A stretch of DNA of 32,000 nt from Candidatus Saccharimonadota bacterium (GTDB lineage: Bacteria > Patescibacteriota > Gracilibacteria > UBA1369 > 2-02-FULL-48-14), in the NCBI GenBank assembly GCA_016699145.1, contig CP064962.1:660001-692000 (forward strand), in the 5' to 3' direction. The translations under genes were made by a program, and so were the position numbers. The notes under the pieces were generated by a model. It saw only the letters and a list, made by a program, of their open reading frames with translations, had not been told where the DNA came from and ran no database searches. The first letter of the stretch is position 1; the number at the start of each line of letters is the position of its first letter. Of the stretch, positions 8,102 through 17,038 are shown one piece after another.

Positions 8102-8588
8102 TAATCATGCAAACCAAAGCAGTCATTCCGAGAACAAATCCCGCTAAAAATACACAGCTCAAACCTCCGGTATTAGGATAAAAGGGATTCAATCGGTCAG
8201 CAGTGTCGGTTTTTGAATAAGGAATGCCTTTTCTGGACCAACGTCTCGCTTTTGGCGTCATTATTCTGAATTGAAACGAGTTCAGAATAGATTCATCCTC
8301 TAAAATCAAATCGGCCCTCCCTTCCATCAGTTTTTCAAAAGTGTCAAAGTCCCACATGAGGGGCACGGGGAAGAGATCTCCATTCTTAAGACGAAGCACA
8401 TAACGGCCACAAAGGGGATAGCCGTTAAAAGGGAGCAAAGAACCACCAAAAGACATAGAGACAATATCCTTAAGCTTACAGCTTCTCTCTGTTACTCTTT
8501 TTTTGATACAGATTTTTTCCCCATCAAAAATAATCAATGTTGAAGGGAAGAGCATCTGCTCAAACACTTTTTGATTTTTCATACACAA
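8085..8588 (-). CDS. Hypothetical protein with a C-terminal transmembrane anchor
   Basis: A 167-codon ORF whose C-terminus GGLSCVFLAGFVLGMTALVCMII is hydrophobic. No recognised domain. It overlaps the Fic 3' end convergently by 17 nt. Confidence 0.45.
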   Translation of the reverse strand: MCMKNQKVFEQMLFPSTLIIFDGEKICIKKRVTERSCKLKDIVSMSFGGSLLPFNGYPLCGRYVLRLKNGDLFPVPLMWDFDTFEKLMEGRADLILEDESILNSFQFRIMTPKARRWSRKGIPYSKTDTADRLNPFYPNTGGLSCVFLAGFVLGMTALVCMIISSRV

Positions 8589-8656
8589 AGATTACTCCAG
8601 AAAAAACTAAAGATGCAATGGCAGACAAGCGTGGAGCTATGGAACCAAACACGGAC

Positions 8657-8691
8657 TTGCACAAAACAGACCGCACATGTAAAATATGTGC
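8657..8691 (+). promoter_or_regulatory. Promoter candidate with overlapping palindromic operator for the RHH-RelE toxin-antitoxin operon
   Basis: TTGCAC (8657-8662), 17-nt spacer, TAAAAT (8680-8685). A perfect inverted repeat, GCACAT (8673-8678) and ATGTGC (8686-8691), straddles the -10 element. Confidence 0.45.
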
Positions 8692-8943
8692 AAATCAATA
8701 AACGCTGTGCCAAATCTCACTATCAAAATGCCAGAGAAGTTAAAAAGGCAGGCTCAACGCAAAGCCAAAGCCGAAGGGGTGACCATCACTTTTGTTATTC
8801 ATCAAGCTGTTAAAGCCTACAACGAAGGGAAGCTGGAGTTTGGCCTCATGCATTCCGACGATGAAATCACCGCTTCTTTTGATGTTTCGACCAAGGAAGG
8901 TAAGAAGGCCTGCCTCACTAGCTTTAAAGCTTTGGCGCGATGA
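8686..8943 (+). CDS. Ribbon-helix-helix (CopG/RelB-like) type II antitoxin. The true start is uncertain: ATG 8686 or GTG 8707.
   Basis: NLTIKMPEKLKRQAQRKAKAEGVTITFVIHQAVKAY fits the RHH strand-helix-helix pattern. The stop overlaps the toxin start as ATGA at 8940-8943. Confidence 0.7.
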   Translation: MCKSINAVPNLTIKMPEKLKRQAQRKAKAEGVTITFVIHQAVKAYNEGKLEFGLMHSDDEITASFDVSTKEGKKACLTSFKALAR

Positions 8944-9218
8944 AAAAGGTCATTCAACGTACAAAAGGATTTGAAAAAGCCTTCTTAAAACTACAAAAAA
9001 GGTGGCGGATAAAATTCATCAAACAATTGGAACTTTTCTTGGAAGATGAGTTCCACCCTTTACTAAAAACTCACGAACTCAAAGGCAATCGACAAGGAGA
9101 ATGGTCCTTTTCAGTAGCCAACGACATCCGAGCAATTTATCGAAAAGAAATCGTAAACGGCAAAACCGTCATTGTCTTCACCTTTATCGATAACGGCTCA
9201 CACAGCAAAGTGTATTGA
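8940..9218 (+). CDS. RelE/ParE-superfamily (YafQ/RelE-like) type II toxin
   Basis: 92 aa. KGFEKAFLKL...HELKGNRQGEWSFSVANDIRAIYRKE...VIVFTFIDNGSHSKVY is the typical RelE-fold toxin layout. It overlaps the antitoxin by 4 nt. Confidence 0.8.
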   Translation: MKKVIQRTKGFEKAFLKLQKRWRIKFIKQLELFLEDEFHPLLKTHELKGNRQGEWSFSVANDIRAIYRKEIVNGKTVIVFTFIDNGSHSKVY

Positions 9219-9474
9219 CCCACTTATCTAACTAATAACGCGAATCTCGTTAATAAATAGAGCCACTGTAAATCCAAACAATCAAGAACACGTTCATTCA
9301 TTCCATGGGTCCAAAGTGCAATATTCTCATGAGAAGGAAGAAGAAAACGCCTTTTCTGAAGACGATCCACTGCTGCTTCCGGCGCATTTAAACCCAGGAT
9401 TGTATGAAGAGAAGCCTTCATCAAACTCAACTATAAAAAGGGCGGATTTTAAAGTGAAATCCACTTTAAGTCAA

Positions 9475-9548
9475 TGGCAGGCCCAGAAGGAATTGAACCC
9501 TCGCTAACGGTTTTGGAGACCGCTGTACTACCACTATACGATGGGCCT
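9475..9548 (-). tRNA. tRNA-Trp (anticodon CCA), 3' CCA encoded
   Basis: Manual cloverleaf. Acceptor AGGCCCA/TGGGCCT, D stem GTAT/GTAC, anticodon stem GCGGT/ACCGT with loop CTCCAAA, T arm GAGGG-TTCAATT-CCTTC, discriminator G followed by CCA. Confidence 0.9.
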
Positions 9549-9607
9549 ATAGTGCGGGAGGATTGTAGCCAAAACGAAACCTGAAGGCAAACTTAGAAGC
9601 CAGAGGC

Positions 9608-10423
9608 CTATAGAGTTCGCCGTGAAGGAGGCAGACGTCTAAACATCCACTTCAAATAATATTTCAAAGCATCTTTCACATGAATGCGCAGGGTCTTCTT
9701 GGTGAAAAGACTCAAAACGCCTCCTGAAGAAATACGGCCTTCACTGTGAGCCGCCTCCGTCTCCCCCACAAAGTGCACTTGAAAACCCTTTTCCCAAGCC
9801 AAACGGCAAAGCTCCACATCGGACATGAACAAAAAATACCGCTCATCACTCGGCCCAACGGCCTCCCAACATTTGCGCGTGAAAAGCTGAAACGCCCCCG
9901 TCAACCAATCCACGGGCTCTGAAACTTCAGGGGTTTTATCCCACATAAGATAACGCCGCATGCGCTTCAAAAAAATTCGGCGCAAAAAGGTCCGCTTCAC
10001 CAGCAAATCTAGGGCGCGAGGAAAAACTCGATAGTTGTCCTGCACTTTGCCACTGGGGTAACGCAGCCGCGGCCCCACCATTCCAAGCTTGGGATGGGCC
10101 TTCAAATAATCGAGCAACACTTGAAAAGTTTGCTTTTGCACCGCCACATCCGGGTTCAAAATACACAGATATTTCCCCTGGGCAATAGACAGACCAAAAT
10201 TATTCCCTTGCGGATAACCCTTGTTTTCAATCTCAAAAAAACGCAGATCGAACTTCAAATGCGGCGAAACTTGGATGAGTGCATTGGCACCCCGCGTTCC
10301 ATTATTGATCACCAAAACTTCCGTTTTTTTAGGGAGCCAGGCCTGTTGCAAAGCTTCCAAATTCCGGCTCACTTCTTTGGGGCTGCCATGATGCAAAATG
10401 ACAATGGAGAGTTCTGTAGTCAC
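9608..10423 (-). CDS. Glycosyltransferase family 2 (GTG start)
   Basis: LSIVILHHGSPKEVSRNLEAL...VLVINNG...NKGYPQGNNFGLSIAQGKYLCILNPDV is a GT-A/GT2 signature. The GTG start overlaps the upstream TAG by 1 nt. Confidence 0.8.
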   Translation of the reverse strand: MTTELSIVILHHGSPKEVSRNLEALQQAWLPKKTEVLVINNGTRGANALIQVSPHLKFDLRFFEIENKGYPQGNNFGLSIAQGKYLCILNPDVAVQKQTFQVLLDYLKAHPKLGMVGPRLRYPSGKVQDNYRVFPRALDLLVKRTFLRRIFLKRMRRYLMWDKTPEVSEPVDWLTGAFQLFTRKCWEAVGPSDERYFLFMSDVELCRLAWEKGFQVHFVGETEAAHSEGRISSGGVLSLFTKKTLRIHVKDALKYYLKWMFRRLPPSRRTL

Positions 10424-11427
10424 TAAGAATCCAAAAAATGAGATAAAAGTTGCGAAGGATTCACCTTTTTAACACTCTTATGAGGAGAAGAAAAGAACAA
10501 AGTCTTAAGTCCCGAAAAAAAGACCCGAGGAGAATGGAAGAAAACAAAAATTCCCTTGGCCATTTCGTAGCAAAGAATACGTAAAAACACACCCAGACCC
10601 AAGCGGAGCGTGAAATTGTTTTTCAAAAGTAAAAAGTGGTTTTTGTAAGAATGCAGGCGTGCATAATCTCGCTTCTTTCGGTCGGCAGCCGCCAGGCCCA
10701 AAAGCCGCTGCCCTTTTTCACCCGCGCGATTGGAAATGCTGCGGGCATGCCAACCCCAAACTTCAGGAAAAAGTTCGATTTTTTCACCCAACCAACGCAG
10801 GCGATACGCCAAATCCACATCTTCTTTATACATCCAAAAATGCTCGTCAAACAAAACATGCAAACGGCGGTGCAGCCGTGGAACAACAGAAGTACGGATC
10901 AAAAAAACGGCCCCAGAAATTCCAAAAATTTGGCCCAAAATTTCGTCGTACTGCCCCTCATCCAACTCCCCCTGCCCTCGGTCATAAAAATGATGTTTCT
11001 TCATCGCAACAATGCCCAAACTGTCGATTTCTTTTGTGAGTCGGTGAGCCGCCAAATCCCAATGATAAAGCTTTCCAGCCACTTGCGTCAGGCTGGGATC
11101 TTTTTCCATCCGTTTCACAAAACGCTCCACGGTGGGAACATGCAAAAGCACGTCGCTGGTCGTGACCAAAAACAAATCATAGCCTGGATTGCGCTGCAAA
11201 ATAGTATTGTAAGCGCCGCCATAACCAACATTGCCATCGGGATGACGCCCATAGTCAAAATGGGGATATTTTTCAGCAATGAAATGCTGAACTTCGTCAT
11301 TCCAAGCGGTGTCTAAAACCGCCACCTTCGCTCCCAAACGTTTACGAAGTTCTTCAAGAGCAGGCAGGCTTTCCTTCAGAAAAGGTAAGTCATTGTAAGT
11401 GCTGAGACCAATCAGAACTTTGAGCAT
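10423..11427 (-). CDS. Glycosyltransferase family 2
   Basis: IGLSTYNDLPFLKESLPALEEL...VAVLDTAWNDE...GYGGAYNTILQ...LFLVTTSDVLL has GT2-like architecture. The ATG overlaps the upstream TGA by 1 nt. Confidence 0.75.
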   Translation of the reverse strand: MLKVLIGLSTYNDLPFLKESLPALEELRKRLGAKVAVLDTAWNDEVQHFIAEKYPHFDYGRHPDGNVGYGGAYNTILQRNPGYDLFLVTTSDVLLHVPTVERFVKRMEKDPSLTQVAGKLYHWDLAAHRLTKEIDSLGIVAMKKHHFYDRGQGELDEGQYDEILGQIFGISGAVFLIRTSVVPRLHRRLHVLFDEHFWMYKEDVDLAYRLRWLGEKIELFPEVWGWHARSISNRAGEKGQRLLGLAAADRKKRDYARLHSYKNHFLLLKNNFTLRLGLGVFLRILCYEMAKGIFVFFHSPRVFFSGLKTLFFSSPHKSVKKVNPSQLLSHFLDS

Positions 11428-13100
11428 CAGTCAGCGAGTAAAAGATACCCCGAAAAGCTACTGGAATAAGCCCCCGTTTGACTCTGAGCAATGGCTCCGC
11501 TGAAACCTTCCAACAAATCCTCAAAAGCAAGGGCAGTATCGCTCACCGCAAGGCCCAATTGTTCACGCAAAGCTCGTAAACTTCCGGCAAAATCGGCAAG
11601 CGCCTCGGCATCCAAAACAATGAGCCCTTGATCCGAACCGCTCACCTTATCTTTGAGTTTGGAATAGAGCTCAGACTCCGCCACACTTTCAAAATCTTCT
11701 TCCTGCCAAACACTGGCCGTGGTGATCAAAACTCTGCCATCCAAAACGCCATACATGAGTTGAATTTCACTTGCCGTAACCGCCGAGGGAAGAGGCGATT
11801 CTTCACTGCGAGGCAAAGCGGTCAAATCCACAGAAATTTTTGTGAATTCCACTCCAGAGATTTCGACGGTTTCATGCGAAACAGCATCGGGCAAAGCTTC
11901 TTGCAGCACGGCACTCAGACCCAAAATTTGCCCATCCAATTTATTCAAAAATTCTTCAGCACTTTCTTCATCCGAACTGCTGTCCACAAAAATCGTGAAG
12001 CCCGGCAAAAGACCGCTGTCATTTTGGTGAAGCGCAAAGACATAAGCCTTGTCGAACCAACTCAAAAGTTCTTCATCAAAATCCATTCCAAAATAATTGC
12101 GGAAACTCTCACGAAGCCCTTCCAAAGTGCCGGTGTCATCGCCCAATTTGTCCGCTTGCTGCAGGGTTTCTTTCAAGCCATAAGATTCAAAATATCCCAT
12201 CAAACCTTCCATGGGCACTTCTTCAAACAAATAGGGCTTGGCCTTGGGAGCCACGTCAAAAGCAATGCCGGCTTCTTTGGCTTTTTCTTCATCGGCCTGA
12301 ACCGTGACGTCAAAGCTCAAACCTTCTTCTTGGGCTCGAAACACAATGCCCTGGCGTTCAATAACAGAAGGAATATTGGAAACCGAAAAGGCGCCACCTA
12401 AAGGTACATCTTGCTTATAAAGAGGCGGGAACAAAAAGCCATAAAAAACAAAATCCTGCCCCACTTCTTCAAGCGCTCTTTGATAATGCTCTGCAGTCCA
12501 CAGACTCTCTGCTTCCTCTTGATCCAACATGCCCAGCACGTGCTCAGGACTTCCAGAAACCAATAGCAAATCTCCATTTACCGTTGCATAAAAAGCCTCT
12601 TCTTGATTCACATAAACCTCACGTCCGCTGAGAGCTTTTTTCTCAAAACTTCCCGCTTCCGAAAGCGTGTCGAAAACCAAACGGAGTTGCTCCGCATCTT
12701 CCAAAGTGGTCACACTAAAAAAATCAACACCGTCCCCGCTTTCTTTGGGACGAGCTCCATACACCCAACGAAATTGTTCCCCAAAGGCAGGCATCAAATC
12801 CTTTTCATAATCCAAACCGGCAGCTGCAAATTGCGTGTTGAAGCTTTCAGCCACCATGCGAGAAAGGCGTCCCTCATCTCCAAGTTTTTGTTCCAAATTT
12901 AGCACCGCATCGTATTGGGCTTCATCTTTCAAAGAATAGGACAAAACCGTGCCCACATCCCCGGGAATATAAGCCTCAGGAACCAACCCTTCAGAGCTCA
13001 CATGAGCCCCCAGATCTGCTTCTCCCCCACATGCGGTCAAAAAAAGACTGCACATAAAAGCTCCAAAAAGAAGGGGCCGAGCGAAGGAAGAAAGCGTCAT
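11427..13100 (-). CDS. Large acidic lipoprotein of unknown function
   Basis: Lipobox FLTAC in MTLSSFARPLLFGAFMCSLFLTACGGE. 557 aa, rich in D and E. It is the first gene of the coupled lipoprotein-GT2-GT2 operon. Confidence 0.7.
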   Translation of the reverse strand: MTLSSFARPLLFGAFMCSLFLTACGGEADLGAHVSSEGLVPEAYIPGDVGTVLSYSLKDEAQYDAVLNLEQKLGDEGRLSRMVAESFNTQFAAAGLDYEKDLMPAFGEQFRWVYGARPKESGDGVDFFSVTTLEDAEQLRLVFDTLSEAGSFEKKALSGREVYVNQEEAFYATVNGDLLLVSGSPEHVLGMLDQEEAESLWTAEHYQRALEEVGQDFVFYGFLFPPLYKQDVPLGGAFSVSNIPSVIERQGIVFRAQEEGLSFDVTVQADEEKAKEAGIAFDVAPKAKPYLFEEVPMEGLMGYFESYGLKETLQQADKLGDDTGTLEGLRESFRNYFGMDFDEELLSWFDKAYVFALHQNDSGLLPGFTIFVDSSSDEESAEEFLNKLDGQILGLSAVLQEALPDAVSHETVEISGVEFTKISVDLTALPRSEESPLPSAVTASEIQLMYGVLDGRVLITTASVWQEEDFESVAESELYSKLKDKVSGSDQGLIVLDAEALADFAGSLRALREQLGLAVSDTALAFEDLLEGFSGAIAQSQTGAYSSSFSGYLLLAD

Positions 13101-13127
13101 AGAAAAAGATTAAGTTCACGGCTTAAA

Positions 13128-13658
13128 TTAGCACGAAAAAATGGCAGCGTGAAGAGCCAAGTCCCCCGCCAATTCGGGATGAAAACTGCAAGCCCAAACC
13201 TTGCCCTGGCGCAACACCACAGGAACTCCATCATGAGCACCCAAAAGCTCCACCTTTGGCCCCGTGGCAAGCACTTGAGGAGCACGAATGAAATGCCCGC
13301 TCACTCGTCCCACTCCCTTCACTTCCACTTCAGCGATGAAACTGTCCATCTGCCGGCCATAAGCATTGCGCTGCACCGTGGCATCCAAAAGCCCATAGCG
13401 AGCCAGCAAAATGAGCCCTGCACACGTTCCAAAAATCGTGAAAGAAGGGTCCTCAGCACGCTGCATAAGCCAGTCTTTAAGTCCGTATTTTTGCATGAAA
13501 GCATCCATCACCGTACTTTCCCCACCGGGAATAATGAAACCCGTCAGTCCCTCCACATCCGCAAGAGACCGAACTTCTTTAAAAGGCACTCCAAGCCTGG
13601 ATAAAAGCTGTGCATGCTCATGAAAACCACCTTGAATAGCCAAAATTCCAACCTTCAT
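13128..13658 (-). CDS. pdxT: Pyridoxal 5'-phosphate synthase, glutaminase subunit PdxT
   Basis: MKVGILAIQGGFHEH...IIPGGESTV...FGTCAGLILL...SFHPEL shows the class I amidotransferase Cys-His pattern typical of PdxT, and the gene lies directly downstream of pdxS. Confidence 0.9.
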   Translation of the reverse strand: MKVGILAIQGGFHEHAQLLSRLGVPFKEVRSLADVEGLTGFIIPGGESTVMDAFMQKYGLKDWLMQRAEDPSFTIFGTCAGLILLARYGLLDATVQRNAYGRQMDSFIAEVEVKGVGRVSGHFIRAPQVLATGPKVELLGAHDGVPVVLRQGKVWACSFHPELAGDLALHAAIFSC

Positions 13659-13712
13659 AGTACCCTATTTTTACACAAAAATTGGCAAAAACTCAATGCT
13701 CCCGAAGACTCA

Positions 13713-14576
13713 TCAATGCCCACGATTCTGCATTTGCACATTCAAAGTAGAAATTTCCAGCCCAGACATGGCTTCACCCAAACCCGAAGAAAGTTCCGCA
13801 AGTTTTGCGGCATCTTGATAGTGAATCACCGCCTCCACAATGGCATGAGCTCGCCGTGCCGGCTCGCCCGATTTAAAAATGCCACTGCCCACAAAAACTC
13901 CATCACAGCCCAATTGCATGCAAAGTGCCGCATCCGCAGGAGTCGCAATGCCGCCCGCCGCAAAATTCACCACCGGTAAACGCCCCAGCTCGCGAGTCTC
14001 TTTCAAAAGTTCCAGCGAAACCCGCAGTTCCTTGGCACGAGCCGCAAGCTCATCCTCATTCATGGCCTTCAAATCGGCAATTTCTTTATTCATGGTTCGA
14101 ATGTGACGCACCGCCTCCACAATATTCCCCGTGCCAGCCTCACCTTTGGTACGGATCATGCTGGCCCCTTCTTGAATGCGACGCAAAGCCTCTCCCAAAT
14201 CTCGCGCGCCACAAACAAAAGGCGCTTTAAAAGTGCTCTTGTCCACATGTCCAAAAGGGTCCGCCGGGGTCAGAACTTCACTTTCATCGATGAAATCAAT
14301 CTCCAAAGCTTCCAAAATTTGCGCTTCCACAAAATGCCCGATGCGCACTTTCGCCATCACTGGAATGGTCACCGCGGCTTGAATGGCCTCAATCATGGCA
14401 GGATCACTCATGCGGGCCACTCCTCCTTGCGCACGAATATCAGAGGGGACTCGTTCGAGTGCCATCACCGCGCAGGCACCTGCCGCTTCTGCAATTTTAG
14501 CTTGTTCTGCGGTGGTCACATCCATAATCACACCCCCTTTGAGCATTTGAGCCAAACTTCGTCCAGTAGTATTCAT
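13713..14576 (-). CDS. pdxS: Pyridoxal 5'-phosphate synthase, lyase subunit PdxS
   Basis: [49 protein letters not shown]...[34 protein letters not shown] is highly characteristic of PdxS. I prefer the ATG at 14576, which forms an ATGA overlap with the upstream stop. The tracked ORF runs to 14603. Confidence 0.9.
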   Translation of the reverse strand: MNTTGRSLAQMLKGGVIMDVTTAEQAKIAEAAGACAVMALERVPSDIRAQGGVARMSDPAMIEAIQAAVTIPVMAKVRIGHFVEAQILEALEIDFIDESEVLTPADPFGHVDKSTFKAPFVCGARDLGEALRRIQEGASMIRTKGEAGTGNIVEAVRHIRTMNKEIADLKAMNEDELAARAKELRVSLELLKETRELGRLPVVNFAAGGIATPADAALCMQLGCDGVFVGSGIFKSGEPARRAHAIVEAVIHYQDAAKLAELSSGLGEAMSGLEISTLNVQMQNRGH

Positions 14577-15265
14577 GTTTGAATCCAGTGAGAAAGCGCC
14601 CATAAACTAAAGTAAAGCACTGGCTGATGCAACAGATAAACGGCTAGAGAATGCCGCCCCAGCCAAGTGAGAAGCGGAATGCGAGCCAAAAAAACCAGCC
14701 TTGTAGATTGCCGCTTGGCATAGATTTTTGCACCCAGCCACAGCCCCACAAAAGGCACCGTGAGCCAAGGGGCAATAGGGAAATAATCCAAGCTGGAAAA
14801 AGCAGCGGGCGGAAAGCCAAAGGGAATGCCCCAAACCGAACCGCCTTCTGGAAGGAAATGAGAAAAAACATAAATAAAAAAGGCCAAACCCAGTCCAAGC
14901 CCCTCCCTCCCTTTAAACAAAACCAAAACTGGAACACTGACCCCGATCAAATGCAAAACTCCAAAACGCACGTACTGCTCAGGAAAAACAAAATACGTCG
15001 CCAGACTCACCAGAAGTCCGCATAAAAAAATCCTCAGGCCACGTAAACACTGCTGAGCAAAACCTCGCTGCGACAAAAACACCGAAACACCGACCAAGCC
15101 CAAAAACAAAAATTGCCCGAACCGGACCAAAAGCAAAGAGGCTCCTTCATAAGGAGCAAAATGCCAAAAGCCCAAAAGCATTCCACTCATTAAAAAATGA
15201 AAGAGCATCATAAAGCTCACGGCCAAACCGCGCAAAGCATCGATTTCAATTAGACGTTTCACCAA
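14573..15265 (-). CDS. DUF1624 / heparan-alpha-glucosaminide N-acetyltransferase-like membrane protein
   Basis: [20 protein letters not shown] is the typical DUF1624 N-terminus, and the protein is polytopic and hydrophobic throughout. Confidence 0.7.
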   Translation of the reverse strand: MVKRLIEIDALRGLAVSFMMLFHFLMSGMLLGFWHFAPYEGASLLLVRFGQFLFLGLVGVSVFLSQRGFAQQCLRGLRIFLCGLLVSLATYFVFPEQYVRFGVLHLIGVSVPVLVLFKGREGLGLGLAFFIYVFSHFLPEGGSVWGIPFGFPPAAFSSLDYFPIAPWLTVPFVGLWLGAKIYAKRQSTRLVFLARIPLLTWLGRHSLAVYLLHQPVLYFSLWALSHWIQT

Positions 15266-15316
15266 AAGATATTTAGAATTCGCCCGAAAGCTTATCTTCT
15301 ATTCACCTGCAACACC

Positions 15317-16267
15317 ATGCAAAATGTTAAACACAAACTGCTCAGCCTAGGGGCTTTTTTCTTACTATTAACAGGATGCAATTCAATAACGCAGAGCATA
15401 GACGGTTGGACCGATTCACTTGAAATATCAGCTGTGGAAAGCTTGAATAGTTACATCGATTTCACCAATGCAGCGCTTGATGCAGTGGAATACTTGGATG
15501 AAAACGTACAATACACCGAATCCGATCTCGTTTATTTCGAAGATTATGACGATGCTTACGAGGTGTATTTCACTTGCTCCTTCAATCTGTATGACCGAGA
15601 GAAATTTTATGAAGACACCACGAACCCTCAAGGGCTTGAGGAAAGCGAAGCTGAAGATTTAAAAGCACAAAGCATTGCCATTTTCGCCATCCTAGACACC
15701 ATAGACACTCAGTGTAAGGAATTGCACAAGTACGTTGCGGCTCAAGAATATAAAATCGATCTTGAAAAAGGCTACGCCCATATACAAAACCTCTACACCG
15801 AAATAGACAAATATTATGATGCCCACGATGCGCTGGGTGAAAAGGTAGAGACCTTGCTTGAAAAATATGAGACGTGGACAGTGGATTACAGCGATCCCAC
15901 CAGTGTAGCAATAGACAACATGAGAAAAGACTTGAAACAAGCCGACTCAGTGGTCGATTTGCTCGCAGACATTTATGAAACCAGCGACTACGCTCGCAGA
16001 GCCGAACTGCAGAGCCTCTACGATGCCCTAAGCACTCAAGTGAGCAGTCACAGCGGCGAAAATTTGCTGGCCGCAGATGAAGTTGATCTTATTACACCTT
16101 TCTACGAGAGCATGGATTTAAACTTCCTACCCAATGTCAGCGCGGCATTGATAGCCACAAACGCTCAAGATTCAGAGGCACTTTACTCCATCTATCAAAA
16201 CAGTCTCACCTACTACAACGAAATGACCGAGCATTACAATCATTTCTTAGACTCAATGGGCCGCTAA
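15317..16267 (+). CDS. Acidic lipoprotein of unknown function
   Basis: Lipobox LLTGC in MQNVKHKLLSLGAFFLLLTGCNS. The rest is helical and acidic, with no recognised domain. Confidence 0.65.
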   Translation: MQNVKHKLLSLGAFFLLLTGCNSITQSIDGWTDSLEISAVESLNSYIDFTNAALDAVEYLDENVQYTESDLVYFEDYDDAYEVYFTCSFNLYDREKFYEDTTNPQGLEESEAEDLKAQSIAIFAILDTIDTQCKELHKYVAAQEYKIDLEKGYAHIQNLYTEIDKYYDAHDALGEKVETLLEKYETWTVDYSDPTSVAIDNMRKDLKQADSVVDLLADIYETSDYARRAELQSLYDALSTQVSSHSGENLLAADEVDLITPFYESMDLNFLPNVSAALIATNAQDSEALYSIYQNSLTYYNEMTEHYNHFLDSMGR

Positions 16268-16297
16268 AAGACGCCAAAAGTTGTCTGAAGGCTAGCT

Positions 16298-17038
16298 CTA
16301 TCTCGTTCCAAAATACACCTCTTGCAAGCGTGGATCTTTCACCACTTCTTCAGGCGTGCCTTCCATGTAGACTTTTCCCTCCACAAAGACCACCACGCGG
16401 TCGACCAGCTCAAACAAAAACTTAAGATCGTGCTCAACAATCAATAAACTCCGCCCCTCCCCACGCGCCAGTTCCTTCAAAGATTGCATCAGCACCTTCT
16501 TCATAGCCGGAGCCACCCCCGCCGTGGGCTCATCGATTAAAAACAGCTTCCCGCCACAAATTTCAAGTCGCAAAAGTTCAAGGAGTCGCAATTGCCCACC
16601 CGAAAGCACTCCTGCATAGGAATGTTTGTGATCCTGCAAATTCACCGTTTCTAAAAGCCGCACCACCTCTGCATCTGCCTTTTTGCGCCACTTTTTGCTG
16701 AACTGCCACCACCAAGGGTAAGGATGCACACGCTCCAGAGCGATGAGCAAATTCTCCTCCACCGTCATTTCACGAAACACCCCTGGCGTTTGGAAACTGC
16801 GCGCCATCCCCAGTGCCACCCGTTTTTCAGCGGCCATCGTCGTCACATCCTCGCCTGCAAAGAGCACACTGCCCGCCATCGGCTTCACATAGCCCGATAA
16901 AGCATTTAAAAACGTGGTTTTTCCACATCCATTTTGACCGATGAGTCCAACGATTTCACCCTCTTCCATTTGCAAATTCACGCCCTGCAAAATAGGGCTT
17001 GGACCGAGCTGAACAAAAAGATTTTCAACGGTGAGCAT
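16298..17038 (-). CDS. livG: ABC transporter ATP-binding protein, LivG-like (branched-chain amino acid type)
   Basis: Walker A GQNGCGKTT, signature LSGGQ, Walker B LFLIDEPTAG. The ATG overlaps the livM stop as TAATG. Confidence 0.85.
   Translation of the reverse strand: MLTVENLFVQLGPSPILQGVNLQMEEGEIVGLIGQNGCGKTTFLNALSGYVKPMAGSVLFAGEDVTTMAAEKRVALGMARSFQTPGVFREMTVEENLLIALERVHPYPWWWQFSKKWRKKADAEVVRLLETVNLQDHKHSYAGVLSGGQLRLLELLRLEICGGKLFLIDEPTAGVAPAMKKVLMQSLKELARGEGRSLLIVEHDLKFLFELVDRVVVFVEGKVYMEGTPEEVVKDPRLQEVYFGTR

Noticed and set aside
9224-9430. 68-aa ORF between the RelE toxin and tRNA-Trp, considered as an integrase or toxin remnant
   Set aside because: It has a TTG start, no recognisable motif and no similarity to tyrosine or serine recombinase cores. 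It cannot be supported from sequence alone.
10636-14582. Many long ORFs antisense to the GT2, lipoprotein, pdxT and pdxS genes (for example 10636-11316, 11628-12401, 12915-13604, 14103-14582)
   Set aside because: They lie opposite genes with strong family signatures. They are rich in R, S, P, K and H with no motifs, which is typical of antisense frames in moderately GC-rich coding DNA.
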